A model generated the notes under the pieces. That model saw only the letters and a program-made list of their open reading frames with translations. It was not told where the DNA came from and searched no databases. A stretch of DNA of 61,607 bases from contig DXEY01000155.1 of assembly GCA_019114745.1 (NCBI GenBank), positions 1 to 61,607 on the forward strand, read 5' to 3'. Origin of the DNA: Candidatus Mediterraneibacter colneyensis. GTDB lineage: Bacteria; Bacillota; Clostridia; Lachnospirales; Lachnospiraceae. Below, in pieces: positions 1 through 8,754 of the stretch (positions are counted from its first letter, which is position 1; each line of letters begins with the position of its first letter). A program made the position numbers and the translations under genes.

Positions 1-73
1 GATCGGAGATATCACTTTTCATGAGGAACGAGATGTTATATAGTCTTGATATAGGAAAAGGAGGCTGTGTAAC

Positions 74-529
74 ATGGCATTAGGAGATAATATAAAAAAA
101 CTGAGAGAAGAGCGCCAACTTACCCAGCAGCAGCTTGCAGATACATTATACGTTTCAAGGCAGACTGTCTGCCGCTGGGAAAACGGTACGAGATGCCCGG
201 ATCTTATTATGGCGAAAAGACTGGCGGCAGAGTTTGGGATCAGTCTGGATGAACTGATCTCAGATCAGGATCTGGAGGAGCTGTCGGCGGAGAAGTATCC
301 GTTTCATACGGATCGGATAAAAAGGAGGAAACAACTTGAGGAAAAACAGAAGCGTATCCTCGAGTTTATCCAGATCGTGGGCGGGATCGTTCTTTTGATC
401 TCCGTATTCTGCCGGGTGCAGCTTGAAATACGCGTCCCGGTCTGGTGTTTCCTCATTGCCCTGTGTGCGGAGGCTGCGGCGTTTGCTGCGAGATACCGGA
501 TATCCAGGGAACTGGACCGGCTGTATTGA
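74..529 (+). CDS. XRE-family HTH transcriptional regulator with two C-terminal transmembrane segments
   Basis: N-terminal HTH_3 signature (LTQQQLADTLYVSRQTVCRWENG), two hydrophobic C-terminal stretches, AGGAGG RBS upstream. Confidence 0.85.
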   Translation: MALGDNIKKLREERQLTQQQLADTLYVSRQTVCRWENGTRCPDLIMAKRLAAEFGISLDELISDQDLEELSAEKYPFHTDRIKRRKQLEEKQKRILEFIQIVGGIVLLISVFCRVQLEIRVPVWCFLIALCAEAAAFAARYRISRELDRLY

Positions 530-567
530 TAAACCGGAATATTAAAAATGTATTTGGTAAGAGATTC

Positions 568-592
568 CCCCGGGCGCCCAGCCCGGGGTTTT
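568..592 (+). terminator. Intrinsic terminator after the XRE gene
   Basis: CCCCGGGC / GCCCGGGG 8-bp stem followed by TTTT. Confidence 0.6.
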
Positions 593-626
593 CCATCTGA
601 CAGACAATCAGATTGTGCAAAATATA

Positions 627-656
627 TAGACATCGGATTATGATAGATGATACAAT
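627..656 (+). promoter_or_regulatory. Sigma-A-type promoter of the cbiB operon
   Basis: TAGACA-18 bp-TACAAT with extended -10 TG. Confidence 0.55.
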
Positions 657-692
657 GTGTCTGGCAGAAAACAGGAAATAAGGAATCAGGTT

Positions 693-1655
693 ATGATAAT
701 GTCATTAGCAGCCTGCGCAGCAGGTTTTTTACTGGATTTTATATTTGGGGATCCCGTATGGCTCTACCATCCGGTGCGGCTGATCGGAAGCGGGATATCT
801 CTCGGTGAGCGCCTGCTCCGCAGATGCTTCCGGGGCAGAGGGCTCATCTTTGGGGGCGCTGTCTTATGGATCATCATGGCGGGGCTTTCTTTTCTGATTC
901 CCTTTGGAGCGCTCGTTCTGGCTCAGAAGATCCATCCGGGCGTACGATTCGTCCTTGAGACCTTCTGGTGTTATCAGATCTTCGCGGCACGTTGCCTGTG
1001 CAAAGAGAGCGGAAAAGTATATGACAGGCTGAAGGAACAGGATCTGCCGGGGGCGCGCCATGCGGTCTCCATGATCGTGGGAAGGGATACCGGGAGTCTG
1101 AGCGCCGAAGGCGTGACGAAGGCGGCAGTGGAGACGGTGGCGGAGAACACATCCGATGGAGTGACAGCCCCCCTGATCTATATGCTGATCGGCGGCGCGC
1201 CTCTTGGATTTTTTTATAAGGCAGTGAATACAATGGACTCTATGCTGGGCTATAAAAATGAAAAATATATGTACTTTGGGCGTATTCCGGCGAGAATGGA
1301 CGATGTGTTCAACTATATCCCCGCGAGGATCACGGCGCTGTTTATGATTCTGTCCGCCTTTCTCTGCGGACTGAATGGAAAAAATGCGTGGAAAATATAC
1401 CGGAGAGACAGGCGGAAACATGCAAGCCCCAATTCGGCTCAGACGGAATCAGTCTGCGCCGGCGCCCTCGGCGTGCGCCTGGCAGGGGATGCGGTCTATT
1501 TCGGCAGGCTGCATAAGAAAGAATATCTCGGCGACGCGCTGCGCCCGATCGAGCCGGAGGATATCAAAAGAGCCGGACGCCTTATGTATGTAACGGCATT
1601 TCTTGTGCTGCTTGTCTTTGGAATGGTAAAAGCTGCGCTGATCGTACTGATATGA
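693..1655 (+). CDS. cbiB: Adenosylcobinamide-phosphate synthase CbiB
   Basis: GDP...HPVRLIG, IVGRDT, ETVAENTSDG, YKAVNTMDSMLGY and SPNSA motifs; start moved to ATG 693. Confidence 0.95.
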   Translation: MIMSLAACAAGFLLDFIFGDPVWLYHPVRLIGSGISLGERLLRRCFRGRGLIFGGAVLWIIMAGLSFLIPFGALVLAQKIHPGVRFVLETFWCYQIFAARCLCKESGKVYDRLKEQDLPGARHAVSMIVGRDTGSLSAEGVTKAAVETVAENTSDGVTAPLIYMLIGGAPLGFFYKAVNTMDSMLGYKNEKYMYFGRIPARMDDVFNYIPARITALFMILSAFLCGLNGKNAWKIYRRDRRKHASPNSAQTESVCAGALGVRLAGDAVYFGRLHKKEYLGDALRPIEPEDIKRAGRLMYVTAFLVLLVFGMVKAALIVLI

Positions 1656-1686
1656 GAAGCAATTCGGATCGGAGAGGAGAACTGGC

Positions 1687-2760
1687 ATGATATACGGACA
1701 TGGCGGAGACATCTATACATATGGCGATATGCTGGATTTTTCTGTAAATATTAATCCTCTGGGGCCGCCCGGGAAGGCAGTCGACGCGGCAAAACGCAGT
1801 ATGGATCAGATCACGGCGTATCCTGACAGCAGATGCCGGGAACTGAGGAAAAAGCTGGCGGATAAAGAGGGGATGCCCGAGGATTTCTATATATTCGGAA
1901 ACGGAGCGGCAGAGATCCTGTATACCCTTGTACTCGCCATAAAGCCGAAGCGCGCGCTTCTTCCGGTGCCTGCTTTTTCAGAGTATGAGCAGGCTCTTCG
2001 CAGCGGGGGCTGCCACATAGAGTATTATACTACTAAGCAGGAAAACGGGTTCTGCATTGATGAGGATTTTCTGTCAGAGATCACGGAGGACATTGACATT
2101 TTGTTTCTCTGTTCCCCGTCGAACCCTTCCGGACATGTGATCCGTCGGGAACTGCTGGAGCAGGTGGCGGTGCGGTGCGAAAAGCAGAACGTGCGCATGG
2201 TGCTGGACGAGTGTTTTGCCGGATTTCTGGAAGACCCGGGGCGGTATTCCATGCTGTGTTTTGCTGCGCAGTATAAGCAGCTCTTCCTCGTCCGTGCATT
2301 TACGAAGATCTATGCCATGCCGGGACTCAGGCTGGGGTATGGGATCACTTCCGACTGTGGTCTGCTGGAGGCGATGGAAGCGGCGCGCCAGCCCTGGAGC
2401 GTTTCGATCCCGGCACAGGCTGCGGGAACGGCTGCGCTGGACGATGAAGAAACAGTCAGCCGGGCCGGACGTTTCATATCGGAGCAGAGAGAGAAGATGG
2501 AAGAGAACCTGCGCAGACACGGGATCCGTTTTGTTCCGTCGGATGCGAATTTTATTCTCTTTTATACAGAGATAAATCTGTTTGAAGAATTAAAAAAATA
2601 CAGGATACTGATCCGCGACTGTTCCAATTACAGGGGACTCGGCAGAGGATGGTACCGGATCGCAGTGCGGACGGCAGAAGAAAATGCTGTCCTGATGAAA
2701 GCACTCGATGAGATCATGGCGGGCAGTACCGGAAAATATGCGAAGGAGGATGACAGATGA
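1687..2760 (+). CDS. cobD: L-threonine-O-3-phosphate decarboxylase (PLP class I/II)
   Basis: HGG, LDFSVNINPLG, PSNPSG and AFTKIYAMPGLRLGY PLP-lysine motif; between cbiB and cbiP. Confidence 0.9.
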   Translation: MIYGHGGDIYTYGDMLDFSVNINPLGPPGKAVDAAKRSMDQITAYPDSRCRELRKKLADKEGMPEDFYIFGNGAAEILYTLVLAIKPKRALLPVPAFSEYEQALRSGGCHIEYYTTKQENGFCIDEDFLSEITEDIDILFLCSPSNPSGHVIRRELLEQVAVRCEKQNVRMVLDECFAGFLEDPGRYSMLCFAAQYKQLFLVRAFTKIYAMPGLRLGYGITSDCGLLEAMEAARQPWSVSIPAQAAGTAALDDEETVSRAGRFISEQREKMEENLRRHGIRFVPSDANFILFYTEINLFEELKKYRILIRDCSNYRGLGRGWYRIAVRTAEENAVLMKALDEIMAGSTGKYAKEDDR

Positions 2761-4304
2761 CCGGATCGATCATGATACAGGGCACGATGTCCAATGCGGG
2801 AAAAAGCGTTATTGCCGGCGGACTGTGCCGCGTGCTCAGGCAGGACGGATACAGAGTCGCGCCGTTTAAATCTCAGAATATGGCGCTAAATTCATTTATT
2901 ACGAAAGAAGGACTGGAGATGGGACGGGCACAGGTGATGCAGGCGGAGGCGGCAGGGATCGAACCTGTGGCGGCAATGAACCCGATCCTGCTGAAGCCGA
3001 CCAACGACACGGGCTCCCAGGTGATCATAAACGGCAGTCCGGTCGGTGTAATGTCAGCGGCTGAGTATTACAGACATAAGAAGGATTATATCCCATATAT
3101 CATGGACGCCTATCAGGAGCTTGCGCGGAAATACGATGTGATCGTGATCGAGGGGGCGGGCAGCCCGGCAGAGATCAACTTAAAGCAGGATGACATCGTA
3201 AATATGGGGTTGGCGGAGTTGGTGGACGCTCCTGTGCTCCTTGCGGGAGACATCGACCGGGGAGGGGTGTTCGCCCAGCTCATCGGTACGATCATGCTTT
3301 TAGAAGAGAAGGAAAGGCAGAGGATCAAAGGCCTGATCATCAATAAATTCCGTGGAGACGTTTCCATCCTTAAGCCCGGTCTTGACATGCTCGAAGAGCG
3401 GGCGCATATCCCGGTGACCGGCGTGGTTCCGTACTTCTATCTGGACATTGACGAAGAAGACAGCCTGACCGAGCGGTTCCACAGAAGAGGCACTGCAGGG
3501 CTGGCGGACGTGGCGGTGATCCGGCTTCCGAGGATTTCCAACTTTACAGATATTGCGCCTTTGGAGACGATGGAGGAAGTCAGCGTGCGCTACATTACAT
3601 CGCCTGCGGAGTTTGGGGAGCCTGACGCGGTGATCGTTCCGGGAAGCAAAAACACGATCCGGGATCTGCTCTGGATGCGCCAGAACGGGCTGGAGTCACA
3701 GATCCGGAAATTTGCATCCGGAGGCGGGCTTGTATTCGGGATCTGCGGCGGCTACCAGATGCTGGGGCTGGAGATCTCAGACCCGGAAGGCGTGGAGCAG
3801 CAGGGGACAGTCCGCGGCATGGGACTTCTCCCGGTGCGGACGGTATTCGGAGCGGAGAAGCGCAGGACGAGAGTGCGAGGGAAGTTCCTGGAAATGAAAG
3901 GGATCCTGAGGGAACTCTCGGGAACAGAGTTTGAAGGATATGAGATCCATATGGGAAAGAGCAGCCAGGAAGGAACTGAGAGCAGGCTCGTGGAGTTCTC
4001 CGAGGAGACGGGCGCCAAGAGCGGAGCCCGGGCGGGAGAGAGCCGCGCGGACGGAGCCCAGAAGGGAAATGTATACGGATGTTATATCCATGGGATCTTT
4101 GACGCGCCGGGCAGCGCGAAAGGGTTTGTCAGCGCCCTTCTGAAGAAGAACGGGTACGACGCCGGGCAGATACAGGTGCGCGACTGGAAAGCCTACAAGG
4201 AAGAACAGTATGATAAGCTGGCGGACATTATCCGGGAGAGCCTGGATATGGAGCAGATCTATCAGATTATAGAGAAAGGAAATGATATGCCATGCAGTCT
4301 GTAA
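2757..4304 (+). CDS. cbiP: Cobyric acid synthase CbiP/CobQ
   Basis: QGTMSNAGKS, PFKSQNMALNS, EGAGSPAEINL, GICGGYQMLG, GYEIHMG. Confidence 0.96.
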   Translation: MTGSIMIQGTMSNAGKSVIAGGLCRVLRQDGYRVAPFKSQNMALNSFITKEGLEMGRAQVMQAEAAGIEPVAAMNPILLKPTNDTGSQVIINGSPVGVMSAAEYYRHKKDYIPYIMDAYQELARKYDVIVIEGAGSPAEINLKQDDIVNMGLAELVDAPVLLAGDIDRGGVFAQLIGTIMLLEEKERQRIKGLIINKFRGDVSILKPGLDMLEERAHIPVTGVVPYFYLDIDEEDSLTERFHRRGTAGLADVAVIRLPRISNFTDIAPLETMEEVSVRYITSPAEFGEPDAVIVPGSKNTIRDLLWMRQNGLESQIRKFASGGGLVFGICGGYQMLGLEISDPEGVEQQGTVRGMGLLPVRTVFGAEKRRTRVRGKFLEMKGILRELSGTEFEGYEIHMGKSSQEGTESRLVEFSEETGAKSGARAGESRADGAQKGNVYGCYIHGIFDAPGSAKGFVSALLKKNGYDAGQIQVRDWKAYKEEQYDKLADIIRESLDMEQIYQIIEKGNDMPCSL

Positions 4305-5179
4305 TACGGATCGGGAGCAGAGAAAGCCTCCTTGCGGTGAGGCAGGCGGAGATCATACGGGAGCAGATCATGCGCGCTGACCCGGAAGTGACGGTGGAGA
4401 TCGTCACCATGAAGACGACCGGAGATAAGATCCTGGATAAAAGCCTGTCTGCCATAGGCGGGAAAGGGCTTTTTGTCAAAGAACTGGATCGCGCCCTCCT
4501 GGATGGGAGGATCGATATCGCCGTTCACAGTTTAAAGGATATGCCGATGGAAACCGATCCAGAGATCCCCATACTGGCGTACGGGAAGAGGGAAGATCCC
4601 CGGGATGTCCTTCTGTACCGGAAGGGACTGGAGGAACTGCCTGAGCGCGCGGTGATCGGGACATCGAGCAGGCGCCGGATGATCCAGCTTAAGAAGCTCT
4701 GTCCTGAGTATATTTTTAAGGGAATCCGGGGAAATGTCCAGACGAGGATGCGGAAACTGGAGAGCGAAGGATTCGACGGAACCCTTCTTGCGGCGGCAGG
4801 GCTGAAGCGGCTTGGAATGGAAGATGTGATCAGCCGTTATCTCTCCGTGGATGAGATGATCCCGGCAGCAGGCCAGGGCATCCTTGCCGTGCAGGGCAGA
4901 AAGGGAGCGTCCTACCGCTGGCTGAAAGACATCGATGTGCCGGAGAGCCGGTATGCGGCGCTTTCAGAACGGCAGTTTATCCGTGTGACCGGAGGAGACT
5001 GCACCTCCCCCTGCGCAGCGCATGCACAGGTACAGGGAAATGAGCTGAAGCTGACCGGGCTTTACTATGACGAAAAGACTCAGACTTATTCGGTTGACAC
5101 GGCAGTGACAGACGTTTCAGATGCCCGGCAGGCAGGAGAGACCCTTGCCGGGAGGCTCATGGGGCGTGCTACTTACTGA
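4292..5179 (+). CDS. hemC: Hydroxymethylbilane synthase (porphobilinogen deaminase)
   Basis: IRIGSRESLLA, GGKGLFVKELD, AVHSLKDMP, GTSSRRR, RGNVQTR. Confidence 0.96.
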   Translation: MQSVIRIGSRESLLAVRQAEIIREQIMRADPEVTVEIVTMKTTGDKILDKSLSAIGGKGLFVKELDRALLDGRIDIAVHSLKDMPMETDPEIPILAYGKREDPRDVLLYRKGLEELPERAVIGTSSRRRMIQLKKLCPEYIFKGIRGNVQTRMRKLESEGFDGTLLAAAGLKRLGMEDVISRYLSVDEMIPAAGQGILAVQGRKGASYRWLKDIDVPESRYAALSERQFIRVTGGDCTSPCAAHAQVQGNELKLTGLYYDEKTQTYSVDTAVTDVSDARQAGETLAGRLMGRATY

Positions 5180-5594
5180 TGAGGAACAGCCCTAACATGC
5201 ATACGGCGATGCCGATGACCTGCTGAAGGGTGAGGGTTTCCTTATAGAGCAAGAATCCCACTACGACGAGGATGCAGGCAAGGGCAATGTTGGCGGTGAG
5301 AGAGGCAGTATTGACCTGCCACCCGGCGCGGTAGACATAGATATAGCCAAATTCCAGCGCAACGATGCTTGCGCCGAGCAGCGGGGCAGTCCAGTTGATC
5401 CGCGAGATCTCCTCGGACAGTTTCAGATGCCCTCCCTGGAAACAGTATAAGACAAATGCGCACAGCGCGGCAGTCAGATAGGTGACTGTCAGGGAAAACA
5501 GAGCGTTTGCCTGCGCCGGGGTCGATTTGGTAATAATGTTGTATGCCACGTTTGCGAGGACGACCATTCCGATCGGCCATAAATAGTTCCACAT
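5169..5594 (-). CDS. Small EamA/DMT-family membrane transporter
   Basis: About 140 aa with five hydrophobic helices and a C-terminal GFLLYKETLTLQQVIG pattern; AAAGGAG RBS. Confidence 0.75.
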   Translation of the reverse strand: MWNYLWPIGMVVLANVAYNIITKSTPAQANALFSLTVTYLTAALCAFVLYCFQGGHLKLSEEISRINWTAPLLGASIVALEFGYIYVYRAGWQVNTASLTANIALACILVVVGFLLYKETLTLQQVIGIAVCMLGLFLISK

Positions 5595-5682
5595 GATAAT
5601 CGCTCCTTTCAAATCAAAAATAATACTATCATAAACAAGAAAAGTAGAGAAGTTAAAAATAGAAAAGGCGGTAAGAGATCAG

Positions 5683-7278
5683 ATGATGACAGAGAATCAT
5701 AACATATCGGACAATAAAGCAGCGGAAGATATGAAAATGACCGGGAAAGTATGGCTTGCCGGGGCGGGACCGGGCGACGCCGGGCTTTTGACAGTCCGGG
5801 CGGCAGAACTGATCGGGACGGCAGATGTGATAGTTTACGACGCGCTGATCAGTGCGGAACTGCTGAGCCGTATCCCCCATGAAACAGAGACGATCTACGT
5901 GGGAAAACACGCGGGCAATCATCCGGTCCCGCAGGAGGAGATCAACCAGATCCTGGTGAGGGAGGCAAAGAAAGGGAAGAAAGTCCTCCGGCTAAAGGGC
6001 GGCGATCCGTTCGTGTTCGGCCGCGGCGGTGAGGAGCTGGAGGCGCTTATTGGCGAGGGGATTCCGTTTGAAGTCGTTCCGGGCATCACGTCATCTGTGG
6101 CGGTTCCGGCGTATGCGGGGATCCCTGTGACTCACCGGGATTTTACATCTTCCTTCCATGTCATTACCGGACACGCGCGCAAAGACGGCACGCTGAATAT
6201 TGATTTCGAGTCCCTTGTCCGTCTGAACGGGACGCTTGTATTCCTGATGAGCGTATCGTCGATGGAACGGATTTTAGGCGGTCTTATGGATGCCGGGATG
6301 AGCCCGGATATGCCGGCGGCAGTGCTCGAGAGGGGTACCACTGCCCGGCAGCGCAGAGTGACCGCGACAGTCGGGACGCTGAAAGAAGAGAGCGAGAGGG
6401 CAGGCATCCGCACGCCTGCGATCATCCTTGTGGGAAAAGTGTGCGCGCTCTCAAAGGAACTCCACTGGGCGGAGGACCGGCCGCTGGGCGGACGGCAGTT
6501 CCTGCTGACCCGTCCCCGGAGAAACAGTTCGGTTCTCGCCGGGATGCTGAAGGATCTGGGAGCCCAGGTCATCGAGATGCCAGCCATCCACACGGAGCCG
6601 ATCTCGCCGAATGAGCCCCTGCAGGAGGCGCTTGTACGGTCTGGCAGTGAGGAACGGGGCAGATGGCTCGTATTTACCAGCCCTGTGGGTGTATCGGTGT
6701 TTTTTGATGAGTTAAAAGAGATGAAGATGGACCTGAGATCGGTGCTCTGCGGGAAAAGCCCGGTCAGGATTGGCGCCATCGGATCGGCGACTGCCGCGGC
6801 TCTGGAAGAGCACGGGCTGATCGCGGATGTGGTGCCCGGGACATACAGCGCAGGCGAACTGGGAAGAGCGATTGCCGGAAAGGCGGAGCCGGGAGAGCAT
6901 GTGCTGATCGTGCGGGCGGAGAAAGGATCGGAGGAACTTCTGCCTCCGCTTGAGGAAAAGGGCCTTGACGTCTGTGACATTCCGCTCTACCGGACAGTAT
7001 ACGAAGTCAGTCCGGTATTGCGCAGAGAAGTCGCTCATATGCTGGAGAACGGCGAGATCGATGCGGTGACATTTACCAGCGGTTCTACTGTCCGCGGATT
7101 TGCCCGCGCGATGGGAGAGACCGACTACAGCCGGATCTGTGCGGTCTGTATCGGTGAGCAGACGGCGCGCGCGGCAAAAGAGTATGGGATGCATATTGAG
7201 ATCGCAGAGGAAGCATCTATGGATTCGATGACAGAGAAGATCACAGAGCTGTTCGGGAGATCCGGGCAGAGCATATAG
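5683..7278 (+). CDS. cobA: Uroporphyrinogen-III C-methyltransferase / uroporphyrinogen-III synthase fusion (CobA-HemD)
   Basis: GAGPGDAGLLT, RLKGGDPFVFGRGGEE, then HemD part (LLTRP, FTSPVGV, AIGSATA, FTSGSTV). Confidence 0.93.
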   Translation: MMTENHNISDNKAAEDMKMTGKVWLAGAGPGDAGLLTVRAAELIGTADVIVYDALISAELLSRIPHETETIYVGKHAGNHPVPQEEINQILVREAKKGKKVLRLKGGDPFVFGRGGEELEALIGEGIPFEVVPGITSSVAVPAYAGIPVTHRDFTSSFHVITGHARKDGTLNIDFESLVRLNGTLVFLMSVSSMERILGGLMDAGMSPDMPAAVLERGTTARQRRVTATVGTLKEESERAGIRTPAIILVGKVCALSKELHWAEDRPLGGRQFLLTRPRRNSSVLAGMLKDLGAQVIEMPAIHTEPISPNEPLQEALVRSGSEERGRWLVFTSPVGVSVFFDELKEMKMDLRSVLCGKSPVRIGAIGSATAAALEEHGLIADVVPGTYSAGELGRAIAGKAEPGEHVLIVRAEKGSEELLPPLEEKGLDVCDIPLYRTVYEVSPVLRREVAHMLENGEIDAVTFTSGSTVRGFARAMGETDYSRICAVCIGEQTARAAKEYGMHIEIAEEASMDSMTEKITELFGRSGQSI

Positions 7279-7296
7279 GAGGATTGGAAGAAAACG

Positions 7297-8025
7297 ATGA
7301 AAAACGAATATGACGATCTCCGTTTTTTTGAACAGTACGCCCAGATGACGCGGAGCAGGGAAGGACTGGCAGGCGCAGGCGAATGGAATCAGCTAAAGGA
7401 AATGTTCCCGCCGCTTTCCGGCAGGAAGGTGCTAGATCTTGGCTGCGGGTATGGGTGGCACTGTAAATACGCCGCAGAGCAGGGGGCGGATGAAGTGCTC
7501 GGGATCGATGCCAGCGAGCGGATGATCCGGGAAGCGATACGGCGCAATCCGGATGAGCGGATCACCTATCGGATCCAGCCCATTGAGGAGTACGGATATC
7601 CGGAAGAGGCGTGGGACTGCGTGGTATCAAATCTCGCCCTGCACTATATCGAAGATATCGACGCTGTATTTCATGCGGTATACCGTACATTGAAAAAAGG
7701 CGGAACCTTCCTCCTTAATATCGAGCATCCGGTCTTTACCGCAGGGACGGGACAGGACTGGATCTGTGATGAGAAAGGCGAGCCACTGTACTGGCCGGTG
7801 GACGACTACTTTTATCCAGGACAGAGAAAGACGCATTTTCTCGGATGCGAGGTAATCAAGTACCACCATACCCTGACCCAGATCCTCAATGGACTGCTGG
7901 GATGCGGCTTTGAGCTGAGGAGAGTGGAGGAGGCGCAGCCCCCGGAAGAGATGATGGATCTTCCCGGGATGAAAGACGAGATGCGCCGTCCGATGATGCT
8001 GATGATCCGGGCGGAAAAACGGTAG
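7297..8025 (+). CDS. Class I SAM-dependent methyltransferase
   Basis: VLDLGCGYG motif I, SNLALHY, LNIEHP. Confidence 0.88.
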   Translation: MKNEYDDLRFFEQYAQMTRSREGLAGAGEWNQLKEMFPPLSGRKVLDLGCGYGWHCKYAAEQGADEVLGIDASERMIREAIRRNPDERITYRIQPIEEYGYPEEAWDCVVSNLALHYIEDIDAVFHAVYRTLKKGGTFLLNIEHPVFTAGTGQDWICDEKGEPLYWPVDDYFYPGQRKTHFLGCEVIKYHHTLTQILNGLLGCGFELRRVEEAQPPEEMMDLPGMKDEMRRPMMLMIRAEKR

Positions 8026-8031
8026 ATCCCG

Positions 8032-8586
8032 TCAGAGGAGAGGACGTAGACATCTTACGATCTTTTCGATTGTCTCTACAAATACATCCGTGTCTGCCTG
8101 GGGGTTGTTCAGGTAGGCATGGTACGTCCCCTGGATGCAGTAGGAGAGGAGCACCTGCTTGGCGGGATCTTCCGCGTATTCCGGGTATTTGCGGAAGATC
8201 ACTTCTTTGAGCGCCCGGTCAAGGCGGACGCCCAGATGGCTCTGCCCTCTGCCGGAAAACAGGATGCGGATCAGGGATGCCTGCGACATGAATGCCAGGC
8301 AGAGTTCCCGGGTGAATGCATCAGAGTTCTCCGTGGTATAGTCTTTCAGGTGGGAGATGCCGCCGATGATCGAAGCTACCGTCTCCTGTTCCATCGCCTC
8401 GGAGAGCGCATAGATATCTTCATAATGGGAGTAAAATGTGGACTTGTTGATCATTGCCAGCCCGCACAGTTCTTTTACCGTGATCTTTTCGAGCGGCTTT
8501 TTTGCCCTTAATTCAATAAATGCGTTTTTGATTGCTGCCTCAGTCTTACGGATCCTCAGATCCGTTTTATTTTTTGCTTCTTCCAT
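8032..8586 (-). CDS. TetR/AcrR-family transcriptional regulator
   Basis: DLRIRKT...ITVKELCGLAMINKSTFYSHYED HTH; start placed after AAGGGGAG RBS. Confidence 0.9.
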   Translation of the reverse strand: MEEAKNKTDLRIRKTEAAIKNAFIELRAKKPLEKITVKELCGLAMINKSTFYSHYEDIYALSEAMEQETVASIIGGISHLKDYTTENSDAFTRELCLAFMSQASLIRILFSGRGQSHLGVRLDRALKEVIFRKYPEYAEDPAKQVLLSYCIQGTYHAYLNNPQADTDVFVETIEKIVRCLRPLL

Positions 8587-8754
8587 GCTGATCTCCCCTT
8601 CCATAGTCCGGCTTCCCGGATAATCCGACGATTGTGCCGGAACCGTCGGTTATCCGACAGACAACCGGAATTGCCTGTGGATATTTCCCAAAGTTAAGGA
8701 TAATCTGATTATAAGACAAAAAACGACTCGTGTCGATTAAAATGGAGGGAGATC

